From the NCBI GenBank assembly GCA_965112155.1, contig OZ218107.1: DNA of 64,000 nt; one strand, 5' to 3'. The first letter of the stretch is position 1. Each line of letters begins with the position of its first letter. This document shows positions 38,771 through 51,744 of this stretch, piece after piece. The translations under genes and the position numbers were made by a program. This DNA comes from Podarcis liolepis (taxonomy: Eukaryota). The notes under the pieces were generated by a model. That model saw only the letters and a list, made by a program, of their open reading frames with translations. It was not told the origin of the DNA and made no database searches.

Positions 38771-39421
38771 ACTGCTGGCAGCACCTGCATACTTGTGGAA
38801 ATGAACATGCTCCTGTGCAAATGGGAGAGAGAGTGAGTTTTGAATTTGGAACAGGAACAACTGCATTCAAACCTTGGCTCAGTTATGGATTTACTGATGT
38901 GACCTCAGACAAATCACATTGTCTTAGCCTTTGTTCTTCTTTCTGTATATCATGTGAATAATAGCGATCTAAGTTAAAGAGTTGCTACGATGACCAAAAA
39001 GCCCCTCAACTGATTGACATGTACATTTCTATCAACATGTCTTGAATGCAGCCCTTCAGACCACTTCTCCAAACCACTCCTAAAACCACACTCCCTCTTC
39101 CCAGGCCAAAGCTCTCACCAGCCCTGCTCCATGGCCTCCTTTAATGCTGCCAACTTGCTACAGGGCCTAGTCCAAAGTGTTGGTGCTAACAAATAAGGCC
39201 TATACAGCTCAGGATTAGGTTACTTAACAGGCTACCTTTTGCTTTATATACCCCAGCATCTGCAATCTGCAACAGAGCTTCTTCTGCAAGTTCCAAACAT
39301 CTCAGCAGCCTGCTGTACAGTAATACAACAGTTAACAAGGCCAGTGGGGTTTGTGGGGGGGGGGGGACGACACCAGCATAGAATAGTGTAGGTGGATAGT
39401 ATTTTCTGTGTTAGTTACTAT

Positions 39422-39546
39422 CAGGGCTTTTTCCCCAACCAGAACTTGCTGGGCACCTCTCAGGTGAGTGCCATTGCCATTCTAAGAGAAAGAGGAAGGT
39501 GTTCATGGTGAGTTCTGGTACCTCTTTTTCTAGAAAAATAGCACTG
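39422..39546. mobile_element. hAT-type MITE
   Basis: CAGGGCTTTTT...AAAAATAGCACTG with degenerate 8-bp TSD GTTACTAT/GTTGCTGT. Confidence 0.75.
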
Positions 39547-39575
39547 GTTGCTGTGTTTTATTATAATAACATATA

Positions 39576-40318
39576 CAGTGGTGCCTCGCAAGACGAAATT
39601 AATTCGTTCCGCAAGTTTTTTCTTCTTGCGAGTTTTTCGTCTTGCGAAGCACGGTTTCCCATAGGAATGCATTGAAAATCAATTAATGCGTTCCTAGGGA
39701 AACCGCCTTCAGACCAGGTCCGGGGACAGTCTGTCCCCCGACCTCTTCTGAAGGCTGGGGGGGGGGGGACAAGGGCTTTTCTTCCCACTGCCAGCCTTCA
39801 GAAGGAAGCCCTTCTTCCCACCTCCCGCCCCACAAGCTCCGGGGACAGGAGGGCTTTGCTGCCGACCGCCAGCATTTTAAAAGCCCCTGCTGTCCCGGGG
39901 TGATTTTAAAATGCTGGCGGGCGGGAGCGAAGCCTCCGCTGTCCCGGGGAGATTTTAAAATGCTGGGGGTTGGCAGCGAACGCTTCGCTCCCGCCCGCCA
40001 GCATTTTAAAATCTCCCCGGGACAGCAGAGAAGTCTCCGCTGTCCCGGGAAGGCAGGCGGGGGGGAGCAAAGACTTTTGCCCCCCGCCGGCCTTCAGAAA
40101 AGGTCCAGGACCTCTTCTGAAGGCCGGCTGTGGGCGAAAGTCTTTGCTCCCGACCGCCAGCAATTTAAAACAGGTCCCCGGAGATTTCCCTATGGGCTTT
40201 CGTCTTGCGAAGCAAGCCCATAGGGAAATTCGTCTTGCGAAGCGCCTCCAAAACAGAAAACCCTTTCGTCTTGCGGGTTTTCCGTCTTGCGAGGCATTCG
40301 TCTTGCGGGGTACCACTG
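39576..40318. mobile_element. Tigger-like non-autonomous element with GC-rich internal repeats
   Basis: TA|CAGTGGTGCCTCGCAAGACGAA...TTCGTCTTGCGGGGTACCACTG|TA; repeated cgtcttgcg motifs. Confidence 0.93.
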
Positions 40319-40519
40319 TATAAACATTTGTTTTCTACTCTGTCAACCACTCTGGGAACATACAGGGCATACATTTTTCACTGAGAAGAAAACTGTGCTA
40401 GCAGATATTTGAACTTGGATGTGCATTCAATGCATGTTCATGGTCTGTATAGTCCTCTCTCCACTTAGCTTTTGCAAGACTGCATATCCAGCTGCCAAAT
40501 ATATATACATTTACATATA

Positions 40520-40712
40520 CAGTGGTACCTCGGGTTAAGAACTTAATTCATTCTGGAGGTCTGTTCTTAACCTGAGGTACCACTTTAGCTAATGGGGCCT
40601 TCCACTGCTGCCACCGTGCAATTTCTGTTCTCATCCTGAAGCAAAGTTCTTAACCCGAGGTACTATTTCTGGGTTAGTGGAGTCTGTAACCTGAAGCATA
40701 TGTAACCCGAGA
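40520..40712. mobile_element. Tigger-like MITE, right end degraded
   Basis: TA|CAGTGGTACCTCGGGTTAAGAAC; same family as 48306-48542. Confidence 0.85.
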
Positions 40713-41157
40713 TACATACATGTGTGTGTCTGTATTGCACTGGCAGAATAAAAGCCAAGAAAGGTTTGTAATAACCTGTACCAGCCAAACAACATCATCA
40801 ACAACCCTTAACAGAAATTGACCCTGGTGGATTACCACCACCTTATCCCTATTGATGAATTTCAAATTATACTAGGAATGCCATCCACAGTGATGGGAAT
40901 ACTATTTGTACCTTGGGTGCTATTATAACAGATATTTGTGTTCACACTGGCTGTGTACTAGTAGAAACTGGCACCATGGTGTGCTCTGCTAAGAAGCACG
41001 TCTATTTCAAATGCTAGCTATAATTGTGGCATGCAGTTGGCAGTAATTCTGTATAGCTGACTCGGGTGTCATAGGCTGAGGGCCCAATAAGGTAGTTTGC
41101 CTGCCAAATTTGTAAAGGATGTATTTGTCACTGGTGGTTGCCAGTCCAGATAATGTG

Positions 41158-41163
<6 letters not shown>

Positions 41164-41199
<36 letters not shown>
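41164..41199. repeat. (CA)n microsatellite
   Basis: Seen directly. Confidence 0.95.
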
Positions 41200-41204
<5 letters not shown>

Positions 41205-43125
41205 CTCTTGCTCTCATCTGCTGCACTCCTAATGATTTTGTAGAAAATTGCTAATAGAGGTTCTCCATTTCGAATATACCAGTAAGGGGATTATATGTGT
41301 CACTGTATTTTCCCACGGAAAACATCTAGTTAAACTCTAGTCTCCCATATAGTTAAAACAAAATGGTCTGCCTTCTTTGGCCATTATGTCAAACATTTTT
41401 GTGGATCCCTTTTAACTCACCCTCCATTAACTGCACCTATTTATTTCACCTCTAATGCTAACCGCATTATGTGTCAGAGCAGTGAAGAGGGGCATGTTTT
41501 CTCCCACTCGGCCCACCACAACTAAATAGTAAAGTCATTTTGTCCCATTTCCCTTACACAATTTTTATCCAAAGTGCGCATAGTCTATTTACAATAAATC
41601 TAAGTGCACACAGCACCAGGCAAATGTGCTTTCTCCTTTAAGAGGTGTAATTACACAATTAAGCATAATGGCTAGTAATAATAAAACACGATGTGGGAAA
41701 ATATAGGGTACCCATAACAGGAAACAAAACTCTATGAGGCTACACTGTTAGTAATTGCTATTTTCCCTCTACCTAGACAGACAATGATGGACAAGGCAGG
41801 GGAATTAGTGACATACACATAAAGCCTCATTATTACCTTCAAGAGCGCAAGCCTACCAGCTAGTCTTTTATGCACAGTTGTTAGAATAAATTGATGCCAA
41901 TAGGTCACAACAGTTAGAATAAAAGCAATTAAAGTGTGTTGGAGTGTAAACTAAACTAAAAATGAAATCAAAAAGTTGACGGAAGGGTCTACCTGGCCAG
42001 TTCTGAGCCACTACGTTGATGCCTTAGTGTGTCTGTCATTAGGATTCTCAATGAGTGCTTGACAGATACCCATGTGTTTGCTGATATTATAGCTGAGCTA
42101 TAATTCTAATGTTCTCTCCCATGTTGTCCAATTTTCAGCAAGCAAGAGTGTTAAAGTTAAAATGAGAATGGTAGAATCTAAAGTTTGCCTTAAGACATGG
42201 CCTTTGGCCTGTTTTCCACTATGAGGAAAACTCTATGTGTATGATAAATGGTTTATATATATCTGTAAGTTCTAGGGCTCAGCCTTGATATTAGCCTGTT
42301 GGAGACTTGTCCCACACTGACCCACAGTTGTCTATCATACATAAGACTCTCTCCCTCCAGATGTCTCGATTCACAGTTGTTGATTCTATACTGTGACTGC
42401 ATTTTGAAGTCAACAATTAATGAGAAGGTCCAGATGAAATCTGCTGTATAGATCCTAGCCCAACCACAGCCATTGCTCAGCTTGAACTTGATACATCAGA
42501 GGCAATTTGTTAAATACCTGTCAATCTTTGGGATTAAAAGTAGGTGTGCTGTACATTGTCTCTCCCAGGGAATGAGCAGTGTGGGTCAGTGCAAACATCA
42601 GCAGCCATACACAGAAAAAAAGATTCCTCTGTAATGCTAATTTCATGCCTGGCATCTATCACAATATAGAGCAGGGGTTGGTAACCTGGGGCCCCAAAGA
42701 CCAAACGTGGGCCTTGTCCTAATTTAATGGTGGTGAGGAGACTGGAAACACAGGAAGGTAGGAGAGGAAAAAGGAAAAAAGGGTCAATTGGAAGGCGGTG
42801 TGTGTGTCATTGGGGTAGCTCCTGCAGGTAAGTGGCCAGCCTTGACCTCTGAAAAGAGTGGGCTGTCCCTTCCCTGGCAGGTTGGTGGGCATGAAGGAAA
42901 GTGACCTGCACAGTTTGGCTCTGCCCTGCCCATCACTGCTATGCAGTCCCCAACAGATTACCTCTGAGGGAATGCTGCCCTCAGAGGGGGAAAAAGGGGT
43001 TATCCCAGCCCTGATTCTATTTCTTGTGCTGGGCAAGATACAGTTTTCCTGAATTTCCTAACAAACATGCTATGACCAGCGGTTGAGGGAGCTGCCTTTT
43101 AAAAAGGCATTGTTAACTTCAACTA

Positions 43126-43704
43126 CCGTATCGCTCTATAGGGCGCACCAGACCATAGGGCGCACCTAGTTTTTTTTTGGGGGGGGGGGAAATAAAGAGG
43201 GGGAAAAAAGATTCCACCCCCCCAGCCCCAAAGAGCAAAGAAGCCAAGACATCCAGGGGGATCCATCCCGCTGGCTGTCTTGGCTTCCTCTTTAGCCAGC
43301 GGGATGGGGCAGGGTAAGCCCAAGCTTCCCCCAACCCCAGCCTCCAGAACGGGTCCGGGAGCAATGGCAAGGTTGCGTGCAACCCCGCCGTCGCTCCTGG
43401 AGCTTGCCGGGCTGGGGGCTTGAGGATAGCTGCCCGAAGCCGGGGTGCGCAGCGCTGCGCTCCCCGGGTTTCGGGCTGCAGGCTGCTATCCGCAAGCCTT
43501 GGGAGCCCGGCGGGAACTCCCGCTGCGCTCCAAAGGCTTGCGGATAACTTCCTGAAGCCTGGAGAGCGAGAGGGGTCGGTGCGCACCGACCCCTCTCGCT
43601 CTCCAGGCTTCAGCAAAAGCCTGCATTCGTTCCATAGGACACACACACATTTCCCCTTCATTTTTGGAGGTGCAAAAGTGCGTCCTATAGAGCGAAAAAT
43701 ATTG
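43126..43704. mobile_element. Tc1/mariner-type non-autonomous element with internal GC-rich palindromes
   Basis: TA|CCGTATCGCTCTATAGGGCGCAC ... GTGCGTCCTATAGAGCGAAAAATATTG|TA imperfect TIRs. Confidence 0.82.
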
Positions 43705-44339
43705 TACATTTTAAAAAACAACAACCCTGTTGCTGAGGGGTGTAAAAAGAGCAACAGAGTAAATATGCATTCCAGAGTTAGGGTCTGCCTCTTAACTGGC
43801 AAGCATTGGTGTGAATGTGACGCAGTAAGATTGAATAACAAGAGCTATGTTTTACAGCATAACCGGTTGATTCCTTTCTTTGTTCAAAATGAACAATTTC
43901 AGCACAGAACATGTCGTATTAATTGTTCTTTATGGGTGCAAATCTCAATGCTTCATGTCACTAATTAACCCACATTATGAAGGTTTGTGGGAGAATGCAG
44001 AACTGAAAGAGAAAAAGTGCCTTTGATTAAGCTAATAGGATTTTGGTGAACTGACTCTAATTCAGCAGTATTTATTACCACTGAGAAGACATGAGCTAGT
44101 CCCACCACTCTATGCAGGATCTTTCAAGAAGATTAAAAGCAGTACACAGTCACTAGCCAATCTTCAGTGTCATTTTATTTACTATTTACCTATTTACCCT
44201 GTTCTACAGCCTCAGGAAGCTCTAAAATGGCTTGCAAAATATTCTTACAATTAAATCTAATTCAAGTCCAGTATCAGGAACAACAGCAACCCTGTGCTTA
44301 TACGGAGCCACGTTTACTTTTTCTTCTGCCCTCACCCTT

Positions 44340-44782
44340 GGTCTTTCCCTGTCCTAGGACCCTTGTACCTATGGGACCGCCTCTCCTGCTTTGCCCCACG
44401 GAGGACCTTAAGGTCCATAAATAGCAACACCCTAGAGGTCCCAGGCCCTAAGGAAGTTAGATTAGCCTCAACCAGAGCCAGGGCCTTTTCAACACTGGTG
44501 GAACACTCTGTCTCATGAGACCAGGGCCCTGCAGGATCTGATTTCTTTCCACAGGGCCTGTAAGACAGAGTTGTTCCGCCTGGCCTTTGGCTTTGAATCA
44601 ATTTGATTCCCTCCCCCTCTTTCTTTTTTCCTTCCTCCTCCTGTGATGAGGCTGCATTTTAATGTTGTATTTTAATCGTGTTTTTAAAGTTGTATTTCAA
44701 TCAATTTGTTTTTATTCTTGGTTGTTAGCTGCCCTGAGCCCGGTCTTGGCTGGGGAGGTGGGGTATAAATACTTTTAAAAAA

Positions 44783-44826
<44 letters not shown>
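44340..44826 (+). mobile_element. L2 LINE 3' fragment with (TTA)n tail
   Basis: LGPLYLWDRLS..APRRTLRS...TRARAFS L2 ORF2 terminus followed by the tail. Confidence 0.82.
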
Positions 44827-44827
<1 letters not shown>

Positions 44828-45405
44828 TCTCTACTAGGCAAGAGCTCTCATTGAAGACACCAAACCTCACTTGGCAAGTCTTCCCATACTGGCACCAGTT
44901 CTCACTGAAGATTTCTGAGGCAAAGGAATGGGACCAAACAACTGAAACTTGCTCACCCCCATGATATCCAGGCCTGTGTGTGTGGAAATCAGTCTTGGTT
45001 CTGAGGGGTTTTTTTTGGATGAGGTGGTGGAATATATCAGGGGAGATGTGTGCTTAATGGCAGGAGAGATGGAATGCGCAAATGCTGAGTAAAACAAAGA
45101 GAAGAAAAATGTTTGTGAATTGGCAGGGCATTGCTTAGGAAGGAGGGGAGTGGGCAAACCAAATTAATCTGTTGGAAAAGTAAAATAATAGGAATGCAAA
45201 AATGTATTAAAATCCTGACCTTCCTCCTCCTCACGTTTCGCCTTATGCTGCAGATAGACCCGCCCCCTCATTTGTCACTATTTGTGGCATGTTAATGGCA
45301 ACGCTCTACCGAAGCCTAGGAACAAAATTTCTAAATTTATCATTTGATTCCTTGTTTATTAAAAACGTGAAGCTAGTAACATTTCAGACTCTGTGTCAAG
45401 CCTAC

Positions 45406-45522
45406 CTGCTCCACTTCATTGCCTGCGTATTGCACTGCTTCATTATGCGGTTCTTCCAACATTTCCAAGTTTAACTCCTCTATGAATTCGTTCCTTTCAT
45501 CATCCAGCCATCCTTCTTCCAG
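45406..45522 (-). CDS. PDZRN4: PDZRN4 internal exon (LEEGWLDDERNEFIEELNLEMLEEPHNEAVQYAGNEVEQ)
   Basis: ctttacAG|CTG acceptor and CAG|GTagg donor; 117 nt, phase 0-0, in frame with both neighbours. Confidence 0.93.
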
Positions 45523-46894
45523 CTGTAAAGAATATATTAGTACATTACTTTTGGTTAGTGGGGAATGCATGCTAAAATAAGGTAAACCCAAATGGCAATG
45601 CCTGACTAGTTCTTTTTTTATCATAATGACTCTCTTTGGAATACTGTGGTCTTGGAGCTCATCTCTCAAAAAGGCGGGGGGGGGGGAAATGATCATTAAA
45701 AAAATTGGACTCTTAGGCCTTTTATCCCTTTTTGAAACATATCACCGATTTTCTCTCATAATGAGGAGGATTGCATGCACAGAACATCATTTCCTTTCAA
45801 AATGTGCAGAAGGCATACTGCATAATACCGAAGCTGTCATGTTCTTTACTTCTAAGGGTACCAGCTTAAAAGAATCCAGAGATACTAATATATGGCCATG
45901 AGACAATTGGCTTCTTTCTCCCTAACAACCTCCACCCCAGTGTTATGCCTCACTGCCTGAACCGCAACAACATCCTCATTGTGTATTTCAATCACATTTG
46001 TCTTATTGATTTCTCAGGTAAACTTCCAGCAGCAGCAGCAGCAGCTACAACCACAACAACTACAACAACAAAAGAGTAATTGATTGACAATGTGACTTTA
46101 AGGCATGTTTTGTTTTCCAGCTGTTCCTTAGGGATGCTTTTTTAAAATAAAATAAAATAAATAAATCAGGAAGTACTACTTTAAAATATGTTGGTAAACT
46201 AACTTGCCTAAAACAGAATGAAGCCAATTCTGGGCAATTTAACCCAGAGCATTTTCTGTGTGCATCTGAGTAAACTTTTCTGTGTAGAAAGCTGAGGGGG
46301 GGGGGGAATAGATATAGTAGGAAAGAGTAATACTAGTGTCAGTATTCTTCGTATCAATTGGATAAGTTGAAAGAGTTTTTGGTAAATAAATCCAGTCATC
46401 CTTGCTGGATTCAGAAGTAGGCACTAAGGAGTTAGATTGTCCCTGTTTCAAGTTCAGGGCATGGATATTAGACAAGAATTGTAATGGATATCAGATTAAT
46501 CATATTTGCTGCTGGTTGCTTCCTATTTGTCAGAAACTACTTTGTTAACAACAGTTTTATTCTACTAGATCGTTAATGTGCCTTAACTTGCTTTTTTATT
46601 TTACTGAAAGAAAACCTAAAGCATGTAGAGACATGGGACACATTTCCTGTTTTTTAAATCGTTAGTTCGGATGAACATAATCAGAATAGGGCAATTTCCA
46701 ATCTCTACGTCTAACCCTCTATACCCATAACTTTCATTGTATTGTCACTGAATGGTGAATGAAAGCTTGGGAAGAATCATAGGAAAATATGTAGCTGACA
46801 TACTCATAATACTCTTGTCTTAGATTAGGCAAGAATATCTTAATGATGATTATATAAAGATTGGTGGGTTTTTTTCTTTGCTAAAATACATGTA

Positions 46895-47557
46895 CAGTGG
46901 TACCCCGCAAAACGAACGCCTCGGAAGACGAAAAACTCACTAGACAAAGGAGTTTTTCATTTTCTTAGCCGCTTCGCAAGATGCATTTCCCTATGGGCTT
47001 GCTTCGCAAAACGAAGCTTGCCCCGCAAGCTCCGGGGATAGCGGGGAAGCGCAGCGCGTCTTCCCCGCTGTCCCCGACCTATTTTGAAGCAAGGGGCGGC
47101 AACGGGGAGAAGTGATCTTCTCCCCCTCCGCCCCTTGCTTCAAAAGAGGGGACAGAGGGGAAGGCGCGCGCGCGCCTTCCCCCCTGTCCCCGGACCCCTT
47201 TTGAACCAAGGGGAGGCAACAGAGAGAAGCGATCTTCTCCCCGCTGCCCCTTCCTTTGCTTTAGAACAGGTCCTGGGACAGAGGGGAAGGCGCGCGCGCC
47301 TTCCCCTCTGTCCCCGGAGATTGCGGGGCAGGCAACGGGGAGAAGCAATCTTCTCCCCGCCGCCCCTTGCTTTAAACAGGTCCGGGGACAGAGGGGAAGG
47401 CGCGCGGCGCTTCCCCTCTGTCCCCGGACGAATCCATAGGAACGCATTGATTGATTTTCAATGCAATGCTATGGGAAACCGTGCTTCGCAAGACGAAAAA
47501 CTCGCAAGAAGAAAAAACTTGCGGAACGAATTAATTTCGTCTTGCGAGGCACCACTG
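46895..47557. mobile_element. Tigger-like non-autonomous element, inverted relative to 39576-40318
   Basis: TA|CAGTGGTACCCCGCAA...TTGCGAGGCACCACTG|TA; internal ~60-bp GC-rich hairpin repeats. Confidence 0.93.
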
Positions 47558-48305
47558 TATGAGAAAATGAAAATTTACAGTACTGCAAAAAAAGAATACT
47601 CTCAATGATGACCCTCCTTCAAAACATCGATCTAGAACATCATTTCTATGTCAAAGATTGTAATTACTAATTATCTACAAATCTGAGCTCACAGGCAAAT
47701 ATAGAAATTCAAAGCAGCAATATTTTATAAAGATTATATATACATGTATATATTTACAGTGCTTATATTCTGAGGTTAGCTTTTTAACAGCACTATCCTA
47801 TGAATGTCTACTCAAATGTAAGCTCCACCGAGTTTTGTGGGACTTACCGTACTCCCAAGTATGTGTGCATAGGATTGCAGCCTAAGTCAGTGTTTGACTT
47901 CAGACAATGCAAGTACTTAGTCACATGCTTAATTTAGGCTGTAGTTCTATACACACTTAAGCTACACTGAGAGTATGGTCCAAGACCACCCAGAGAACTT
48001 CATGGCTGAACTGGGATATAAACATGAGTCTCCCCAGCCGTAGTCCAATACTCTAACCATTACACCACATCAAAAGTGCTTCTAGATCCCACTCCTGGCA
48101 GAATTAGCATAGTTGAAACAGTAACTGTAACAGGATGTGCAATCCCATTGCGGGAATTTAGAGCTACTTTTGTTATTTTGTATCAACCACAACCATGATG
48201 GCCATGCGAATTTTGCTAACAATAAGCATGGGCTGAAATGGGTGATTTGTACTTGACTGTAAATTGTATCCATAGAACACTATGTCTGGATGTGCCATTG
48301 CTGTA

Positions 48306-48542
48306 CAGTGGTACCTCGGGTTAAGAACTTAATTCGTTCTGGAGGTCCGTTGTTAACCTGAAACTGTTCTTAACCTGAGGTACCACTTTAGCTAATGGGG
48401 CCTCCCGCTGCCACCACCGCCGCTCGATTTCTGTTCTCATCCTGAAGCAAAGTTCTTAACCTGAGGTACTATTTCTGGGCTTGCAGAGTCTGTAACCTGA
48501 AGAGTCTGTAACCTGAAGTGTCTGTAACCCGAGGTACCACTG
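48306..48542. mobile_element. Tigger-like MITE
   Basis: TA|CAGTGGTACCTCGGGTTA...TAACCCGAGGTACCACTG|TA. Confidence 0.94.
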
Positions 48543-49847
48543 TACTTTCTCGGTCACTTCTGTGCCTTGATAATTTCTGTGCCTAACCAAGAAGCTTGGA
48601 AACCAATGCCTTCCAGATATGCTTTGCAAATTAGGATAACATCTTTTCTTTTCCCTTGACCGTTTTCTCCGCACAAGAGAGGCAAGAAGAGACTAATGCT
48701 AGGCCCCAGGTAGTCATTGTTTGTTGTACAACTGAATCCCGAAAGACAGATGCATCACTGATATAAAACCCCTTAAGAGCCTATAAGCAGAATGTTTCAG
48801 CAAGCCATTTATAGTTTCAGAAAGTTATCTAAGCCTACAAGAGCCACAGCCAAGCTACATAAACCTGAGGTGAATTGCTTTCCTCTGCCATACTATACAG
48901 CTGCTTTTATCAGCACCATTTAGAATGTATAAGACTATAAAGGAAATATATGCTTCGAACTGTGATCCTCTATAACTACACTAGTCAAAGGAAGGCTTTC
49001 AGGTGACATTGAATTACATTTATTCAATGTAATTTATAGAGATTGTGCAGTTACCAGTGCTGAAAAATATCAGATCAATAACACAAGAAACAAGTGGCAA
49101 TATAACCAACTTTGCCTGAACCAAAGACAGATGGATACAACAGGGGCAACAGAACGGCCTTTTTGCTTTGTAGCAGGATATAAAAGGAAGCACAACTAGG
49201 TGTTTTTCTTCCACTTTTCTCCCTCCTCCTTTTAGGAATCTGCATACTAACTCTGCCTTCCAAAATATGGAAACGTTTTCACAAAGCAGCAGAACCGTTT
49301 TCAGTCAATGAATGATGGTTATTCATATTTGCTACAGACCTTCAAAAATACGATTAGTTCCAAACTGCGTGTGAACATGATATTGTAATCCCATGTACAG
49401 TTTAATACTTGGTTTGGTGTGCAGTGAAACTTCCTTGTACTTATAAATATTCTGGAAATATGACATGTGGAAATCAGAAAAGCAGCCCATATTGGAATTT
49501 CAGACCAACTTAGATCATATGAGAAATCAACATGCATTTCCTGCTACATATGGGCAATTTCAATATTTCTTTGTGTTTGGTTGTGTATTCTACTAGACAA
49601 TCAGCTGTGTTCTTATAGGTATGTATGATTTTAAAGGCTCATTCAGCTAGTACAGTGGTATTCAAGCTCCCTTTAACTTTGCATCTGCAGCTACAAAACA
49701 GTAAAGACCATCTATTCTCATTTTCTCCATTCTGACAGGAACTTCTGCGTTGTCATTTCCCCGCCAGCTGTTCATTATCTGCGGATGGCAGTGAATGTAT
49801 GTGCCCTGCGAACCACCCTCATTCTCAATGCATCTATTTACTCTAAC

Positions 49848-49949
49848 CTGCATCTCTGGTCTTGCTACCAGCAGCACAATTTTCTTGCATTCGTCGCTGG
49901 AGAGCAATGCCACTGCCTCCTCCCGGTTCTGGACATCTTGGCCATTTAT
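49848..49949 (-). CDS. PDZRN4: PDZRN4 internal exon, end of second PDZ domain ([34 protein letters not shown])
   Basis: ttttatAG|ATA acceptor and CAG|GTtag donor; 102 nt, phase 0-0. Confidence 0.94.
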
Positions 49950-50473
49950 CTATAAAACAAATGAAAGTGGCACATTAGTTTCCATTTCCACAGCGCAACA
50001 CACAATATAGAGCAAATATCAGCTCATTTGTGGCAAATGTATGGACAATGAAGCTCACACAATGGGCTCATCTTCAGCCCCCTCAGTGGTAAGTGCCTTC
50101 ACTCAATTATGCGCTTACTGTAAGAGCCATATCGATCGTTGAAGGATGGCGGACATCAGAGGAAGCAGTTATGTTCATAAATGTCCAACCTGCGCCCTGG
50201 CAACATACATCTAGCAACACAATTAACCAGCCCTTGACAGGTGACGTTCATCTTTCTCTGTTCAGAGTAATGGAAGTGTCAGTCTGAGATAATAGTGCTG
50301 GTGCAAGCAAGACTGGTAATACTACAGCTGAAATCAGTCATACTGGAAGCTTAGAGAGAGCCAATTAGAGGTCTACAGCATTATCTCTCACCAGGCAATA
50401 CTTACAGGCCACTGCTGATTGCTGTTTCATTTAATCATTTGATATTTGTGTGTGCGCACCAACACACATGGAC

Positions 50474-50476
<3 letters not shown>

Positions 50477-50517
<41 letters not shown>
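50477..50517. repeat. (CA)n microsatellite
   Basis: Seen directly. Confidence 0.95.
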
Positions 50518-50519
<2 letters not shown>

Positions 50520-51570
50520 GGTGCCAAAATTCATATTAGAGGCTGAAAATCCCATACACCCTTACCAAGGAGAAAACCCCATGGAACACATTGGGACTTC
50601 TGAGCAATCATGTATGCTGTGCACACTTAAAAGTGAATCTACAGTTGTTGCTTTTTAACTTTCTAAGCACAACTTTGTGATAATGCAAAACAGTGGCCAG
50701 TGTTAACTATTTCTTAGTGGGTTTGGCAGCAAATCCAGGGACCAGATGAACAACATACAAAACTGCTCATCTTTGAAATTCAAACCATTCTTCTTATGTG
50801 AGCATTAGCAGAGAAGATTGCAGTATCTTTATGCAGCGCAGCCAACCTTTCCCCATATCTTATCTTTCCATTTGCTTTCTTCACAAGCCTTTTTCAAGGT
50901 GTCTTCCCTCACATGAGTACTATCATGTGATGGGGGCGGGCGGGCATAGTCCCCCTCCACTGCACCACTACTGCTATTCCAATGTGCAGAGGCAACAGTG
51001 ACACACGCATAAAAGAGTAGAGCTAGGGAACATGCCACTTTGCTTCCAGATGTGCAGTGGTGATTATGGAGGGGGAAAGAATGTCTGAACAGAGTTGCAG
51101 TCACGGCGGGGAGAAAAAGAAAAAAAATGCATGAAACATTTACGACATCTGAAACTGAAATTTGCAAATTTAATTTTGGATTAATCGGGAGGTGCCAATG
51201 TAGGGCTCTCCAGTTGTTCTTGGGCTGCAACCCCTATCTTCCCTGACCACTGGACAAATTGACTGGGGCTGACAGAAGTTGGAATCCAACAACATATGGA
51301 AGGCAACATGTCAACTACCCCTGACCTGCATTAACGCATCAAACATAAAGTGGCTGGTTGTAAGAATAATTTTGGCCAAAATATATCTCTCATCTCAAAC
51401 CTCCAGGTGTTTGTATATGAAGTCACCTGTGTACATGAACTCTCAAGTCAGCATTACAATCTTCTGTTCAGTTCAGAGAAACTGAAGAACAAATCAGCAG
51501 CGTATGAAATTAAGAAGCTAATTGCCTTTTAATAACTCATAAATTTCTTGTATGAATGCTTTAAAATATA

Positions 51571-51744
51571 TCGTATTTTTCCATGTATAAGATGCCCCCA
51601 TGTATAAGATGCCCCCTATTTTTCGGGACTCAAAATTAAGAAAACACCTCTCAGCACTACCCATGTATAAGACGAGCCCCAATTTCAAACCTTTTTTTTT
51701 TTTGGTAAAAAAAACAACATAGTCTTATACACGGAAAAATACGG
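51571..51744. mobile_element. Tc1/mariner-type MITE
   Basis: cgtatttttccatgtataaga / tcttatacacggaaaaatacg inverted termini; repeated ccatgtataaga motif. Confidence 0.8.

Noticed and set aside
47025-47430. CRISPR-like palindromic repeat array
   Set aside because: Eukaryotic intron with degenerate units, no unique spacers, bounded by Tc1/mariner TIRs.
39900-47608. 100-240 aa ORFs at ~39900-40320, ~43120-43970 and ~47080-47610
   Set aside because: They fall in GC-rich MITE interiors and show no transposase or other domain motifs.
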